Below are positions 50,991-61,991 of a stretch of DNA of 64,000 nucleotides, piece after piece (within the stretch, counting starts at the first letter, position 1; each line of letters begins with the position of its first letter). This stretch comes from Alphaproteobacteria bacterium (lineage in GTDB: Bacteria; Pseudomonadota; Alphaproteobacteria; SP197), in contig OZ244844.1 of assembly GCA_965220805.1 (NCBI GenBank), forward strand, positions 3,415,757-3,479,756. The letters run 5' to 3'. The notes beneath the pieces are model-generated. The model was not told where the DNA came from and made no database searches. It saw nothing but the letters and a program-made list of their open reading frames with translations. The position numbers and the translations under genes are program-made.

Positions 50991-52814
50991 CTACTCGACC
51001 GTGACACTCTTGGCGAGGTTGCGCGGCTGATCAACATCCGTTCCCTTGCGCATGGCAGCGTGGTAGGCGATCAACTGCACCGGGATAGCGTGAACGAGCG
51101 GCGTGACCAGGGCATCGACGGCAGGCAGGACAACCATCCTGTCGGCGACGGGTCCTGCGCCGTCGGCACCGGCCTCGTCGGTAATGAGGATGATCCTGCC
51201 GCCTCGCGCTCTCGCTTCTTCAACGTTGGACATCGTCTTGTCGAAGAGTTCATCGCCCGGCGCAACGACAATGACCGGAACATGCTCGTCTATCAGCGCG
51301 ATCGGCCCGTGTTTCATCTCTCCCGCGGCATGGGCCTCCGCGTGAATGTAGCTGATTTCCTTGAGCTTCAGCGCTCCCTCCATGGCAATGACGGCGGACG
51401 TGCCACGGCCAAGGTAGAGAACATGGCGCGCTTCGGCGATGTCCCAGGCAATCTGCCGAAACTCTTCCTCCATGGCGATGACGCGGGCCAGCGTTGACGG
51501 CAGGGTGGTCAGAACGCCGGCAAGTCGGGCGACCTCATGTTGGTCAATGACCCCGCGGTCACGCGCCGTCGCCACGGCAAGGCAGAAGAGGACGGCAACC
51601 TGGGAGGTGAAGGTCTTGGTCGCGGCCACACCGATCTCGGGGCCCGCATGGGTGGCGAGGACCAGGTCCGCCTCCCTTGCCGCCGTGCTGGTCTCGGTGT
51701 TGGTGACGGCGAGGACAGTCCTGCCGAGACCACGTGCATAGCGCATGGCAGCCAGGGTATCGGCTGTCTCTCCCGACTGCGAGATGAAGACACCGAGACC
51801 ACCTTCGACCATCGGCGCCTGGCGGTAGCGGAACTCCGAGGCAATATCGGCATCGGCTGGAAGTCTGGCCAGGCGCTCGAGCCAGTACTTGCCGATGAGG
51901 GCGGCGTAGTAGGCCGTGCCGCAGGCAATCAGGGTCATCCTTTCGACAGCCCCGGGGCCGAGGTCCGCCCCGGGGATTGTGATCGAACCCGCCTCGGGGT
52001 CGAGATAACGCCCCAAGGTCTCGCCGACGGCCACCGGCTGCTCATGGATCTCCTTTTCCATGAAATGGCGGTAGTTCCCCTTCCCAATCACCGCACCGGA
52101 GAGTTCGGTGTCCACCACCGGGCGTTCCACGGGACGACCACCCGTGTCGAGAATCTCGACCCCGTCCCGGCGAACCAGCGCCAGGTCGTCCTCTTCCAGG
52201 TAGGAGACCTTGCGGGTGTGACCGGCAAGGGCGATGGCATCGGACGCAAGGAAGAGACCGCCTTCGCCCCAACCCACCGCAAGCGGTGCGCCCCGCCTTG
52301 CTCCGGCAAGCACCACGTCGGCACCCTCGATGAGAATGGCGAGGGCAAACATGCCCTCGAGACGCTCCATCAGGGCGGTCATGGCCGCTGCCGGGGTTCC
52401 TTCGGCCTTCAGCAACGCGTCAAACAAATGGGCAACCACCTCGGTGTCCGTCTCCGACTCGAAACAGCGCCCCCCGGCACGCATGTCATCGCGGAGCGTG
52501 CGATAGTTCTCGATGATGCCGTTGTGGACGACGGCGACACGCCCGGTCATATGGGGGTGTGCGTTTCTGCGCGTGGGCGCTCCATGGGTCGCCCATCGCG
52601 TATGACCCACCCCGGCGTCTCCCGTCACTCCGTTCGATGTCAGCATGGCCTCGAGATTGGCGATCTTGCCGGCCGCGCGCCGACGCACAATTCCCTCCTG
52701 GTTGAGGACCGCGATGCCTGCCGAGTCGTAGCCGCGATACTCGAGGCGGCGCAGTCCGTCGAGGAGAACCGGAACCGCCTCGCCGTTCCCGAGATAACCG
52801 ATAATCCCGCACAT
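50991..52814 (-). CDS. glmS: glutamine--fructose-6-phosphate aminotransferase (start MCGIIGY)
   Basis: N-terminal Cys glutaminase domain plus tandem SIS domains; 607 aa after trimming. Confidence 0.9.
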   Translation of the reverse strand: MCGIIGYLGNGEAVPVLLDGLRRLEYRGYDSAGIAVLNQEGIVRRRAAGKIANLEAMLTSNGVTGDAGVGHTRWATHGAPTRRNAHPHMTGRVAVVHNGIIENYRTLRDDMRAGGRCFESETDTEVVAHLFDALLKAEGTPAAAMTALMERLEGMFALAILIEGADVVLAGARRGAPLAVGWGEGGLFLASDAIALAGHTRKVSYLEEDDLALVRRDGVEILDTGGRPVERPVVDTELSGAVIGKGNYRHFMEKEIHEQPVAVGETLGRYLDPEAGSITIPGADLGPGAVERMTLIACGTAYYAALIGKYWLERLARLPADADIASEFRYRQAPMVEGGLGVFISQSGETADTLAAMRYARGLGRTVLAVTNTETSTAAREADLVLATHAGPEIGVAATKTFTSQVAVLFCLAVATARDRGVIDQHEVARLAGVLTTLPSTLARVIAMEEEFRQIAWDIAEARHVLYLGRGTSAVIAMEGALKLKEISYIHAEAHAAGEMKHGPIALIDEHVPVIVVAPGDELFDKTMSNVEEARARGGRIILITDEAGADGAGPVADRMVVLPAVDALVTPLVHAIPVQLIAYHAAMRKGTDVDQPRNLAKSVTVE

Positions 52815-52821
52815 GGGCCTG

Positions 52822-54183
52822 TCAGTTCCTGCTGTCTGACCTGCTGCGGCGCCACCTGGACGCCACGCGCTCGCGAACCGTCTGCGGCGCCCTTTCGAGG
52901 GCCATCGCATCGTCGCCGACATCCCGGGTGATCGTGCTGCCGGCGCCTATCATCGTACCGTCGCCAATGGTGAGCGGCGCCACCAGGGAAGCGTTGGACC
53001 CGATGAACGCCTCCTTCCCTATCCGCGTCGGGTGCTTGGTCACCCCGTCGTAGTTGCAGATCACGACTCCGGCCCCGAGATTCGTCCCGGCACCGACCTC
53101 GGCGTCACCGACATAGGCCAGGTGGTTCGCTTTCACTCCCGACTCCAGCGTCGAAGCCTTGATCTCGACGAAATTGCCAATTCTCGTGTTCGTCCCAAGG
53201 CGGGTTCCGGGACGCAGCCGGGCAAAGGGGCCAATCACGGCGCCGTCGCCGACATGACAGTCCTCCAGATGGCTGAAACTGCGGATGATCGCGCCCTTGC
53301 CGATCGTCACCCCCGGGCGGATCACCACATCGGGCTCGATCACGACATCGCTCCCGATCACCGTATCCCATGAGAGCCACACCGTCTCGGGCGCCACCAT
53401 CGAACAGCCGGCAGTCATGGCGGCATGGCGCAGGCGGCGCTGCATGACCGCTTCGAAACGGGCCAGGTCCACACGGTCGTCGGCGCCGACGGTATCGTCG
53501 GGATCCGTGGTCTCGAGAACGGCGGTCGCGAGACCGTGGCGGCGAGCAACGGCGACAACGTCGGAGAGGTAGAATTCTCCCTTGGCGTTGTCGTCGGACA
53601 CTTCATCAAGGAGATCGAAGAGACAGCCTGCCTCGATGCTCATCATCCCTGAATTGCACAGCGTCGAGGCACGCTCGGCCTCGCTGGCATCATGAAATTC
53701 GACAATTCTCTTGAGCGTGCCGTCGGCATCCATCACCAGCCGGCCATAGCGGTTGGCGGAGGTGACATGAACTCCCAGGACCGAGGCCACGGCACCGCTG
53801 CTGCGCCGCATCGCCACGAGATCGTGAATGGCAGAGGCCTCCAGGGTCGGCGCATCGCCAAACAGCACCACGACATCTCCTTCGTCAGCCAGACCCTCGA
53901 TGCCGGGACGCGCTGCCTTGACGGCATCGGCCGTACCGCGTGGCTCCTCCTGGATGACGACACCAGCGGGCCTGACGGCTTCGGCCGTTCTGATGTCCCC
54001 GGGTCCGGTCACCACGACGACGCGTTCGGGGTCGATCTCGGCGGCCGCGGCAATCACATGATTGACCATGGGTCTGCCGGCGATCGGGTGCATGGCCTTG
54101 GGCAGGTCCGATTTCATGCGTGTGCCCCGTCCTGCCGCGAGGACCACCACGGCGACATCCTTCAGGGCGAGAGCGGAATCCAT
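52822..54183 (-). CDS. glmU: bifunctional GlcNAc-1-P uridyltransferase / GlcN-1-P acetyltransferase (start MDSALALKDVAVVVLAAGRGTRM)
   Basis: LAAGxGTRM motif and C-terminal left-handed beta-helix hexapeptide repeats. Confidence 0.9.
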   Translation of the reverse strand: MDSALALKDVAVVVLAAGRGTRMKSDLPKAMHPIAGRPMVNHVIAAAAEIDPERVVVVTGPGDIRTAEAVRPAGVVIQEEPRGTADAVKAARPGIEGLADEGDVVVLFGDAPTLEASAIHDLVAMRRSSGAVASVLGVHVTSANRYGRLVMDADGTLKRIVEFHDASEAERASTLCNSGMMSIEAGCLFDLLDEVSDDNAKGEFYLSDVVAVARRHGLATAVLETTDPDDTVGADDRVDLARFEAVMQRRLRHAAMTAGCSMVAPETVWLSWDTVIGSDVVIEPDVVIRPGVTIGKGAIIRSFSHLEDCHVGDGAVIGPFARLRPGTRLGTNTRIGNFVEIKASTLESGVKANHLAYVGDAEVGAGTNLGAGVVICNYDGVTKHPTRIGKEAFIGSNASLVAPLTIGDGTMIGAGSTITRDVGDDAMALERAPQTVRERVASRWRRSRSDSRN

Positions 54184-54314
54184 GAATACCCCTTTCGGCA
54201 ACCAGCGGTTGGTGCCACACTTGAAAAATTGACCGAAGTCAAGAATTGCAACACTCAATGACACGAGTCAGCCGTCATGACGGGCCCTCTGCGCCGGCTG
54301 CCATGTGAGCGAAC

Positions 54315-54989
54315 GTGACAACCGTTCGCCAGCACAGGTTCCGCGCGGTCATCTTTGATCTCGACGGAACACTGATCGACAGCGCACCGGATATCGCCGA
54401 TGCCATCAACATGGTGATGGCCGAATACGGACGCCGGGCGTTGACCGAACGGACGGTGCGGGACATGGTGGGCAGCGGCTGGGCGGGCCTGCTCGAACGC
54501 GCCATGACCCTGACCGGAGGCATGCCCGACGGGGCAGAATCTGCCATCGAAGAGAGGTTTCGCCAGTTTTACCTTCCGCGCAGCACGCGCCTTTCAAGCC
54601 TCTATCCGGGTGTCGCCCGGACCATTGACTCACTCCACCGGAACGGCACGGCAATCGGCGTGTGCACCAACAAGCGGCAAACCGGCGCCGACCATGTCAT
54701 TGCCACCTTCGGACTCGGGCGGGCGGTAGGCGCCGTGGTTGGCGGCGACACCGGCGTGATGAAACCCGACCCAGCCCATCTGGCCATCGTTCTCGACCGG
54801 CTCGGCGTGGGCGCCGCGGAAGCCGTCATGGTGGGAGACAGCCACGCCGACGTTGCCGCCGCCCACGGCGCCGGCATGCCGTGTGTCGTCGTCAGTTACG
54901 GCTATGCCGGCGGACCACCCGCTTCGCTGGGCGCCGACTGCATGATCGACTGCATGAAGGACCTCATCCCGGCACTTGCCGGCCTGTGA
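54315..54989 (+). CDS. gph: HAD-family hydrolase, phosphoglycolate phosphatase-like
   Basis: DLDGTL motif I, CTNK and GDS-D motifs. Confidence 0.7.
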   Translation: MTTVRQHRFRAVIFDLDGTLIDSAPDIADAINMVMAEYGRRALTERTVRDMVGSGWAGLLERAMTLTGGMPDGAESAIEERFRQFYLPRSTRLSSLYPGVARTIDSLHRNGTAIGVCTNKRQTGADHVIATFGLGRAVGAVVGGDTGVMKPDPAHLAIVLDRLGVGAAEAVMVGDSHADVAAAHGAGMPCVVVSYGYAGGPPASLGADCMIDCMKDLIPALAGL

Positions 54990-55002
54990 ACATCCCCTCG
55001 GT

Positions 55003-56532
55003 TCAACTGACGGTTTCAGGCAGTTCAGCCTTGCGCCGGACCATGAAGTCCTGCAGCGCCTCGTCACGGGCCTCATCCAGCGGCGGCGGCTCATAGGCCT
55101 CCAGGCGCCTCCTGGCAGTGGCCACGGCGCGCTCGTCATGAGTCAGCTCACCCTCGGCCTGCCATTGCTCGAAACTGTTGTTGTCGGCAATTTCGGGGAT
55201 GAAGAACCCCTCAAGGTAGTTCCGTCTGGTATGGGCACAACCGAGGAAGTGGTTGCCCGGACCGACTTCACGTATCGCCTCGAGACCGAGACCATTCTCG
55301 GAGAGGTCAAGCCGGCGGCAGAAACTCTGCAGCATCGCCACCTGTTCGGTGTCCATGATGAACTTGCCGTAGCCGGCGGTCAGCCCCGCCTCGAGCCAGC
55401 CGGCGGCATGCAGCACGAAGTTGGTCCCCGCCAGCAATGTTGCCGTCATGGTCTGCATCGATTCGTAGGCTGCCTGCGCATCGGCGATCTTGGCGCCGTT
55501 GAGCATGCCTCCGGACCGCAGTGGGACCCGGTAGCGGCGGGCGAGCTGTCCCACCGCATAGATCATCTGGAGGGTTTCCGGCGTTCCCATCATCGGTGCC
55601 CCCGAGCGCATCGAGACGGTGGCAAGGAAGCTGCCGTAGACCATGGGTACACCGGGACGGACGATCTGGGCATAGGCGAGTCCTGACACCACCTCGGCGT
55701 TGAGCTGGGCGATGGCGCCTGCGGTCACGACCGGGGCCATGGCCCCGGCCATGATGAACGGCGTCACGAGAACAGCCTGGTTGTGCTCGGCATAGTGGCG
55801 CAATGCGCCAAGCATGGAGCCGTCCCAGACCAGGGGTGAATTGCAGTTGACCACCGAGGTCATCACCGTGTTCTCGCGAATGGTGTCGGCGCCGAAGAGA
55901 ATTTCGCACATGCGGCACGAATCGAGAGCGCGTTCGGGGGCTGACTGCACACCCATGAACGGCTTGTCGGAGTACTTCATGTGAGAATAGACGATATCGA
56001 GATGGCGCCTGGGCACCGGCACGTCCACCGGCTCGCAGATGATTCCCCCGGAATGGTGGAGGACAGGCGACATGTAGGCGAGCTTGACGAAGTTCTGCAG
56101 GTCCTCAAGTGTCGCGTAGCGCCGCTGGTTGGCAAGATCACGTACGAAGGGCGAGCCAAAGGTGGGGGCAAAGACCGTGTTGTCGCCACCCACCACCACG
56201 TTGCGCTCGGGGTTGCGCGCCATCTGGACATAGCTTTCCGGCACCATGGCGAGGAGGTTCTCGATCAGGGTCCGAGGAATCCTCACCCGCCGCCCGGTCA
56301 CATCGGCGCCCGCCTCCTTCCACTGGCGGCAGGCGTCATCATCGAGGAAGTCGATGCCGGTCTCCTCGAGGATCTGCATGGAGGTGTCGTGAAGCAGCTC
56401 GACTCCCGCTTCGTCGAGGAGCTCGTAGACCGGGATCTCGCGCGTGATGTAGCGTTGCTGGACAATGGGCGCACCGATACGCTCGCGATGGCGCCTCGCC
56501 CGCCCCCCGCGCCGTCCACGCGTTTGTGCCAT
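55003..56532 (-). CDS. MttB-family (trimethylamine methyltransferase-like, non-pyrrolysine) methyltransferase; alternative TTG start at 56583
   Basis: Full-length TIM-barrel MttB homology without an in-frame amber codon. Confidence 0.75.
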   Translation of the reverse strand: MAQTRGRRGGRARRHRERIGAPIVQQRYITREIPVYELLDEAGVELLHDTSMQILEETGIDFLDDDACRQWKEAGADVTGRRVRIPRTLIENLLAMVPESYVQMARNPERNVVVGGDNTVFAPTFGSPFVRDLANQRRYATLEDLQNFVKLAYMSPVLHHSGGIICEPVDVPVPRRHLDIVYSHMKYSDKPFMGVQSAPERALDSCRMCEILFGADTIRENTVMTSVVNCNSPLVWDGSMLGALRHYAEHNQAVLVTPFIMAGAMAPVVTAGAIAQLNAEVVSGLAYAQIVRPGVPMVYGSFLATVSMRSGAPMMGTPETLQMIYAVGQLARRYRVPLRSGGMLNGAKIADAQAAYESMQTMTATLLAGTNFVLHAAGWLEAGLTAGYGKFIMDTEQVAMLQSFCRRLDLSENGLGLEAIREVGPGNHFLGCAHTRRNYLEGFFIPEIADNNSFEQWQAEGELTHDERAVATARRRLEAYEPPPLDEARDEALQDFMVRRKAELPETVS

Positions 56533-56602
56533 GTCTTGTCCCCCGTCGAGCGGCATCGCATGTGAAATCACGGGGCGAGGCAAGTCAATCGGGCAAAGCC
56601 GA

Positions 56603-56630
56603 TTGACACGCCCGGCACGGCTTATCTAAT
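56603..56630 (+). promoter_or_regulatory. sigma70-like promoter for the atp F0 operon: TTGACA-16 bp-TCTAAT
   Basis: Perfect -35 hexamer at 56603-56608 and 5/6 -10 at 56625-56630, about 50 nt upstream of atpI. Confidence 0.35.
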
Positions 56631-56680
56631 GTGCGCGCGCATTTTCCGGCGGCCCTTGACTGCCTGGCTGGCGAGACGAC

Positions 56681-57010
56681 ATGGCGGATGATCCATCCGA
56701 TCTGGAGGCACGAATCGCTGCAGCCCGCAAGACGGGCAAGGGTGGCAGGACGACGGGGAAGGCACAGGCATCCGGTTACGGCATGGCCGTCCGCATGGCG
56801 GTCGAAATGGTTGCTGCCCTGGCCGTTTCCGTCTTTCTGGGACTCTGGATCGACGGGGAACTGGATACCGCGCCGCTGTTCCTGGTGATCTTTCTGGTCA
56901 TGGGCATGGCGGCCGGTGTCATCAATGTGGTGAGGGCCGCAGGGATGATGACTCGCGGATCGCAGCGCGGTCCCGACAGGAGTGAAGGGGATCAAACGCG
57001 TGGCGACTGA
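56681..57010 (+). CDS. atpI: ATP synthase protein I (AtpI-like, F0 assembly)
   Basis: Small two-TM basic protein immediately upstream of atpB. Confidence 0.7.
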   Translation: MADDPSDLEARIAAARKTGKGGRTTGKAQASGYGMAVRMAVEMVAALAVSVFLGLWIDGELDTAPLFLVIFLVMGMAAGVINVVRAAGMMTRGSQRGPDRSEGDQTRGD

Positions 57011-57749
57011 CTCCGGGCACAATCCGCTAGAGCAGTTTGCAGTGTCGTCTGCAGTCGAGTTCGGCATTGGTGACCTCGACCTTGCGATTACCAACTCGGC
57101 AATCTGGATGATGGCGGCGACCGCACTTGTCATCATCTTCACCACCGTGTTCATCGGTCGGCGCAACATGGTCCCGGGACGCATGCAGTCCCTGGTGGAG
57201 ATCTCTTACGAGTTCATCGCCAACATGCTGGAAGACAACGTCGGGGATCAGGGCCGCCCGTTCTTTCCCTTCGTCTTCACCCTCTTCATGTTCATTCTCT
57301 TCTGCAACATGCTGGGCATGTTGCCGTACAGCTTCACGGTGACAAGCCAGATCGTTGTCACCTTCGGACTCGCTCTTGTCGTCTTCATCGGGGTCACGAT
57401 TGTCGGCTTCGTGAAGCATGGCCTGGGCTTCTTCAAGTTCTTCCTCCCCCACGGAGTCCCGGGTTTCCTCGCCCCCCTTGTGATCCCCATCGAGATCCTG
57501 TCCTACCTCATTCGCCCGGTGAGCCTTGGTCTGCGCCTCTTTGCCAACCTGACGGCGGGCCACACCATGCTGAAGGTGTTCGCCGGCTTCGTAGCACCGC
57601 TCGGGGCCTTGTGGATCCTCCCCGGCGCCATCCCCATGGCGGCGGTGATCGGACTGACCCTTCTCGAATTCGCCATCGCGTTCCTGCAGGCGTATGTCTT
57701 TGCCGTGCTGAGCTGCATCTACCTGCACGACGCGATTCACATGCACTGA
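57000..57749 (+). CDS. atpB: ATP synthase F0 subunit a (GTG start at 57000 preferred; alternative GTG at 56982)
   Basis: NPLEQF N-terminus, conserved arginine in LRLFANLTAGH. Confidence 0.85.
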   Translation: MATDSGHNPLEQFAVSSAVEFGIGDLDLAITNSAIWMMAATALVIIFTTVFIGRRNMVPGRMQSLVEISYEFIANMLEDNVGDQGRPFFPFVFTLFMFILFCNMLGMLPYSFTVTSQIVVTFGLALVVFIGVTIVGFVKHGLGFFKFFLPHGVPGFLAPLVIPIEILSYLIRPVSLGLRLFANLTAGHTMLKVFAGFVAPLGALWILPGAIPMAAVIGLTLLEFAIAFLQAYVFAVLSCIYLHDAIHMH

Positions 57750-57800
57750 CGGATTTTTCCCCGTTCAGGCAAATCCTCCTCGAACTGAAAAGGATCTTTC

Positions 57801-58031
57801 ATGATGGATGCAGAAGCTGCGAAGCTCATTGGCGCCGGCCTTGCGGTGATCGGACTGGGTGGTGTCGGGGCCGGTATCGGCAACATCTTTGCCTCGATGA
57901 TCTCCTCGGTGGGACGCAACCCGGCGGCAGCCGGCAATGTCCAGGGTTTCATGTGGATCGGCTTCGCTCTCGTCGAGGCCGTGGCGCTCTACGCCCTGCT
58001 CATCGCCCTTCTTCTCCTCTTCGTCTTCTGA
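57801..58031 (+). CDS. atpE: ATP synthase F0 subunit c
   Basis: 76-aa hairpin proteolipid with conserved carboxylate. Confidence 0.9.
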   Translation: MMDAEAAKLIGAGLAVIGLGGVGAGIGNIFASMISSVGRNPAAAGNVQGFMWIGFALVEAVALYALLIALLLLFVF

Positions 58032-58066
58032 CCATCCGCGGCGTCTGATCCGGAGGAGCACGATCC

Positions 58067-58552
58067 ATGCCACAGCTGGAATTCTGGCACTTCCTGCCGC
58101 AGTTCTTCTGGCTCGCGGTCTGCTTCGTGTTCCTCTACGTCATCATGGCGTTTGTCGCGTTGCCACGGATCGGCCGTGTCCTGACGGATCGCAAGCACAG
58201 GATCGAACAGGATCTTGACGGCGCCGAGAAGGCGAGGGCCGATGCCGAACAGGCGCGTCAGGACTACGAGGATTCCCTTGAGAAGGCCCGCGACAGGGCA
58301 CGCTCCATCATCGGGGAGGCCGTCCAGCAGGCTGGAGAGGAGGGGGAACGGCGGCTCGAGGAGCTCGATCGCGAGATCGGGCGCGAACTCGAGGAGGCCC
58401 AACGCACCATCGACGAGGCCCGGACCGCAGCTCTCGCCAATCTCGAGGCAGTGGCGGTGGAAGCGGCGCGCCTGGCAACCCGCCGGCTGACCGGCGCCGA
58501 TGTCAGTGACGAGGACGCGCTCAAGGCGCTGGCGGCGGTCCGGGAGAACTGA
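58067..58552 (+). CDS. atpF2: ATP synthase F0 subunit b-prime
   Basis: One N-terminal TM plus long charged helix; alphaproteobacterial b/b' pair. Confidence 0.8.
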   Translation: MPQLEFWHFLPQFFWLAVCFVFLYVIMAFVALPRIGRVLTDRKHRIEQDLDGAEKARADAEQARQDYEDSLEKARDRARSIIGEAVQQAGEEGERRLEELDREIGRELEEAQRTIDEARTAALANLEAVAVEAARLATRRLTGADVSDEDALKALAAVREN

Positions 58553-58554
58553 TC

Positions 58555-59046
58555 ATGGAACACCTCTTCGAGGATCCTTCGTTCTGGGTGGCCGTCGCCT
58601 TCGTGATCGCCGTTGCCATCGCCGCCAAACCGCTTTCCTCCATGATCATCTCCGCACTCGACAGGCGCAGTGGCGAGATCGCAAGGAGGCTCGACGAAGC
58701 GAACGCGCTGAACGAGGAGGCAAAGGAGTTGCTCTCCTCATACCGACGCAAGCACCGCGACGCCGAAGCCGAGATTGCCGACATCATGTCGCGGGCAAAC
58801 GAGCAGGCGGAAATCCTGAAACGCAACGCATCCCGAGAACTCCAGGAGAGACTGGCCCAGCGGCGCCAGGCGGCACAGGAGAGAATCCGCCAGGCCGAAG
58901 CCGACGCCGTTGATCAGGTTCGCGAAGCCGCGGTCGACCTCGCCCTTGGCGCCACCGCGAATCTCATCCGCACGCGGCTTGACGACAGCGAACAGGCACG
59001 TCTCGTGGACGAAGCCATCAACGAACTCGACCAGCGCCTCGCCTGA
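58555..59046 (+). CDS. atpF: ATP synthase F0 subunit b
   Basis: As above. Confidence 0.8.
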   Translation: MEHLFEDPSFWVAVAFVIAVAIAAKPLSSMIISALDRRSGEIARRLDEANALNEEAKELLSSYRRKHRDAEAEIADIMSRANEQAEILKRNASRELQERLAQRRQAAQERIRQAEADAVDQVREAAVDLALGATANLIRTRLDDSEQARLVDEAINELDQRLA

Positions 59047-59163
59047 ACGGGCGGTTCCCGAGTCAGGCACTCAACGCCTGGCCGGGGGTCATTCCTGTCT
59101 TCATGACGTGTGCCACACAGACGTGCGGCGTCTGAACAGACGCCATTCCCTCAAGCCCGACCG

Positions 59164-60651
59164 TCAGGCGGTGTCAGGCTCCCAAGCCAGGACGGGACGG
59201 CGGGCAGCAGCCGTCTCGTCGAGCCGCTTCCAGGGGGCGAGTCGCGGCGCGTGGTGGAAGAGATCCTGGTTCCCTTTCCTCGCCTCGTCTGCCAGATGCA
59301 CCATGACATCGCAGAACCGGTCGATGCTCTGACGGCTTTCCGTTTCCGTCGGCTCGATGAGCATGGCGCCATGGACGATGAGCGGGAAGTACATGGTCAT
59401 GGGATGATATCCCTCGTCGATCATCGCCTTGGCGATATCGAGCGTGGAGATCCCCGTGTCCTTCAGGTTTTGGTCATCGAAAAGGCACTCGTGCATGCAC
59501 GGTCCCGGAAACGGCGCATTGTAGGCGTCGGAAAGACGCGCCAGCACGTAGTTGGCATTGAGCACGGCATCCTCGGCGACCTGGCGCAACCCGTCGGCGC
59601 CATGACTCATCATGTAGGCGAGCGCCCGCACGAACATGCCCATCTGCCCGTGGAAACTGCGCAGGCGGCCGAATGCCAGCCCGTCACCGTCGTGTTCGAT
59701 GAGCCGCCAGTCATCACCATCGGCCTCGATGCGCGGCAACGGCGCAAAGGGCAGCAGTTCCTCGCAGAGAACAACCGGTCCACTTCCCGGACCACCGCCG
59801 CCATGGGGCGTCGAGAAGGTCTTGTGAAGATTGATGTGCATGGCGTCAACGCCGAGATCTCCCGGTCTCACCCGGCCGACGATGGCATTGAAGTTGGCAC
59901 CATCGGCATAGAGGAAGGCTCCAGCAGAGTGCAGCATGTCGGCAATCGTCTTGATGTCGGTCTCGAAGAGTCCGCAGGTGTTGGGGTTGGTCAGCATGAG
60001 GGCGGCGACATCGTCGTCCAGGGCCCTCTCGAAGGCAGCCAGATCGACGCGCCCTCTCGCATCGCAGGGCACCGTATCAACCCTGTAATCGCAGAGGGCC
60101 GCCGTCGCCGGATTGGTACCGTGGGCTGATTCCGGAACAAGGATCCTGCGTCGCGCATCACCCCTGGAAGTGAGAGCGGCGCGAATGCACATCAGACCGG
60201 CGAACTCGCCGTGCGCGCCGGCCGCCGGTGACATGACCACGCCCTGCATGCCGGTGAGAGTGGTGAGCCAATGCGCCAGAGTGGCGATGAGTTCCAGGCA
60301 ACCCTGTGCCGTCGCCGGTGGCTGCAGGGGGTGAGCCATGGCAAATCCTGGCAATCTGACGACCTTTTCGTTGAGCCGGGGATTGTGCTTCATGGTGCAC
60401 GATCCCAGGGGATAGAGGCCCGAATCGATTGCGTAGTTCTTCTGCGACAACCGCGTGAAGTGGCGCATCACTTCGGGCTCCGAGACTCCCGGCAGGCCGA
60501 TGGCCCGGCGCTGCCTGACGCCGCCCAGCTTCGGTGTCCTTCCTTCCGGTTCCGGAAGATCGACTCCGCTGCGCCCACCGCCGTCGAGTTCGAACAGCAG
60601 CGGCTCATCCATGACAAGGCCTCGATGGCCACCCGATGTCGTGTCGCTCAT
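59164..60651 (-). CDS. gcvPB: glycine dehydrogenase (decarboxylating) subunit 2
   Basis: PLP-lysine NLHKTF motif; homology. Confidence 0.9.
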   Translation of the reverse strand: MSDTTSGGHRGLVMDEPLLFELDGGGRSGVDLPEPEGRTPKLGGVRQRRAIGLPGVSEPEVMRHFTRLSQKNYAIDSGLYPLGSCTMKHNPRLNEKVVRLPGFAMAHPLQPPATAQGCLELIATLAHWLTTLTGMQGVVMSPAAGAHGEFAGLMCIRAALTSRGDARRRILVPESAHGTNPATAALCDYRVDTVPCDARGRVDLAAFERALDDDVAALMLTNPNTCGLFETDIKTIADMLHSAGAFLYADGANFNAIVGRVRPGDLGVDAMHINLHKTFSTPHGGGGPGSGPVVLCEELLPFAPLPRIEADGDDWRLIEHDGDGLAFGRLRSFHGQMGMFVRALAYMMSHGADGLRQVAEDAVLNANYVLARLSDAYNAPFPGPCMHECLFDDQNLKDTGISTLDIAKAMIDEGYHPMTMYFPLIVHGAMLIEPTETESRQSIDRFCDVMVHLADEARKGNQDLFHHAPRLAPWKRLDETAAARRPVLAWEPDTA

Positions 60652-61991
60652 GACAGGATCTCCTGCAGTGCGCCGGCAAGGGCGTCTATCTCTGCCGCCG
60701 TCGTCATTTCCGTTGCGGCTACCAACATCAGGTTCCCGAGGGCGTCGTTCGCCGGTTCGAATCGCGACACCGGAACACCTCCCAGGATGCCCCGGTCGGC
60801 AAGTTGATCGACGACATCCGCGGCAGGTCGGGGAAGTTCAAGCGTGAACTCGTTGAAGAAACCGTCGTTCGGCGTGGAAACCCCCTCGATGGCCACGAGT
60901 CGCTCCATGGTCCGCTGTGCCGCTTCGTGGTTGAGGGCGGCCAGCCGGGCAAGGCCGTTTTCCCCGAGCAATGCAAGATGAACGGTGAAGGCAAGCGCAC
61001 ACAGGCCCGAGTTGGTGCAGATGTTGCTTGTCGCCTTCTCGCGCCGGATGTGCTGCTCGCGTGTCGACAGAGTGAGAACCCAGCCCCTGCGCCCCTCGGC
61101 ATCCACGGTCTCGCCGGCCAGCCGTCCCGGCATCTGCCGGACATGGCGTTTCCTGGTGGCAAAGAGACCGACATAGGGCCCGCCGAATCCGAGGGAATTG
61201 CCCAGTGACTGACCCTCGCAGACGACGATGTCAGCCCCCATGTCGCCCGGCGGGGCAAGAAGGCCGAGCGACACCACTTCGCTCACGGCGACAACCAGAA
61301 GCGCGCCCGCCTCGTGGCAGGCTTCTGCCAGCGCCGAAACATCATGAGGGCGGCCGAAAACATCGGGCGTCTGCACGACGACACAGGCCGTCGATCCATC
61401 GACCTCGGCCGCGAGGTCAGTCTCCTCGACGGCCATTGGCAACGTCACGACATCGAGGTCGGCATGACGCACATAGGTGGCAACGGTATCGCGGTAGTGG
61501 GGATGAAGCCCACCCGACACGACGGCCCGCCGGCGTCTTGTCACACGGCTTGCCATGAGGACGGCTTCCGCCGCCGCCGAGGCGCCGTCATACATGGAAG
61601 CATTGGCGACCTCCATGCCCGTCAGCATGGCCACCATGGTCTGGAACTCGAAGAGCATTTGCAGAGTGCCCTGGGAGATCTCCGGCTGATAGGGCGTGTA
61701 GGAGGTCAGAAACTCGCCTCGCTGGATGAGGGCGTCCACGGTGGCCGGCACATGGTGGCGATAGGCTCCACAGCCGAGAAAGAACGGGGCATTGCCGCCG
61801 TGCAGGTTTCTCTCCGCCATGGCGGCGAGCCTCCTCTCGACCTCGATCTCGCCCTGGTGGAGGGGCAGGTCGAGAAGTTCCTCGCGCCACGCCTCCCGGG
61901 GAACATCGCCATAGAGATCTTCGATGCTACCGGCTCCGACAACCTCGAGCATGGCAGCGCGGTCGGTATCCGTCAGGGGCAGGTACCGCAT
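60648..61991 (-). CDS. gcvPA: glycine dehydrogenase (decarboxylating) subunit 1 (start [10 protein letters not shown])
   Basis: Homology; ORF track N-terminal extension of 73 aa is arginine-rich GC artefact. Confidence 0.9.
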   Translation of the reverse strand: MRYLPLTDTDRAAMLEVVGAGSIEDLYGDVPREAWREELLDLPLHQGEIEVERRLAAMAERNLHGGNAPFFLGCGAYRHHVPATVDALIQRGEFLTSYTPYQPEISQGTLQMLFEFQTMVAMLTGMEVANASMYDGASAAAEAVLMASRVTRRRRAVVSGGLHPHYRDTVATYVRHADLDVVTLPMAVEETDLAAEVDGSTACVVVQTPDVFGRPHDVSALAEACHEAGALLVVAVSEVVSLGLLAPPGDMGADIVVCEGQSLGNSLGFGGPYVGLFATRKRHVRQMPGRLAGETVDAEGRRGWVLTLSTREQHIRREKATSNICTNSGLCALAFTVHLALLGENGLARLAALNHEAAQRTMERLVAIEGVSTPNDGFFNEFTLELPRPAADVVDQLADRGILGGVPVSRFEPANDALGNLMLVAATEMTTAAEIDALAGALQEILS

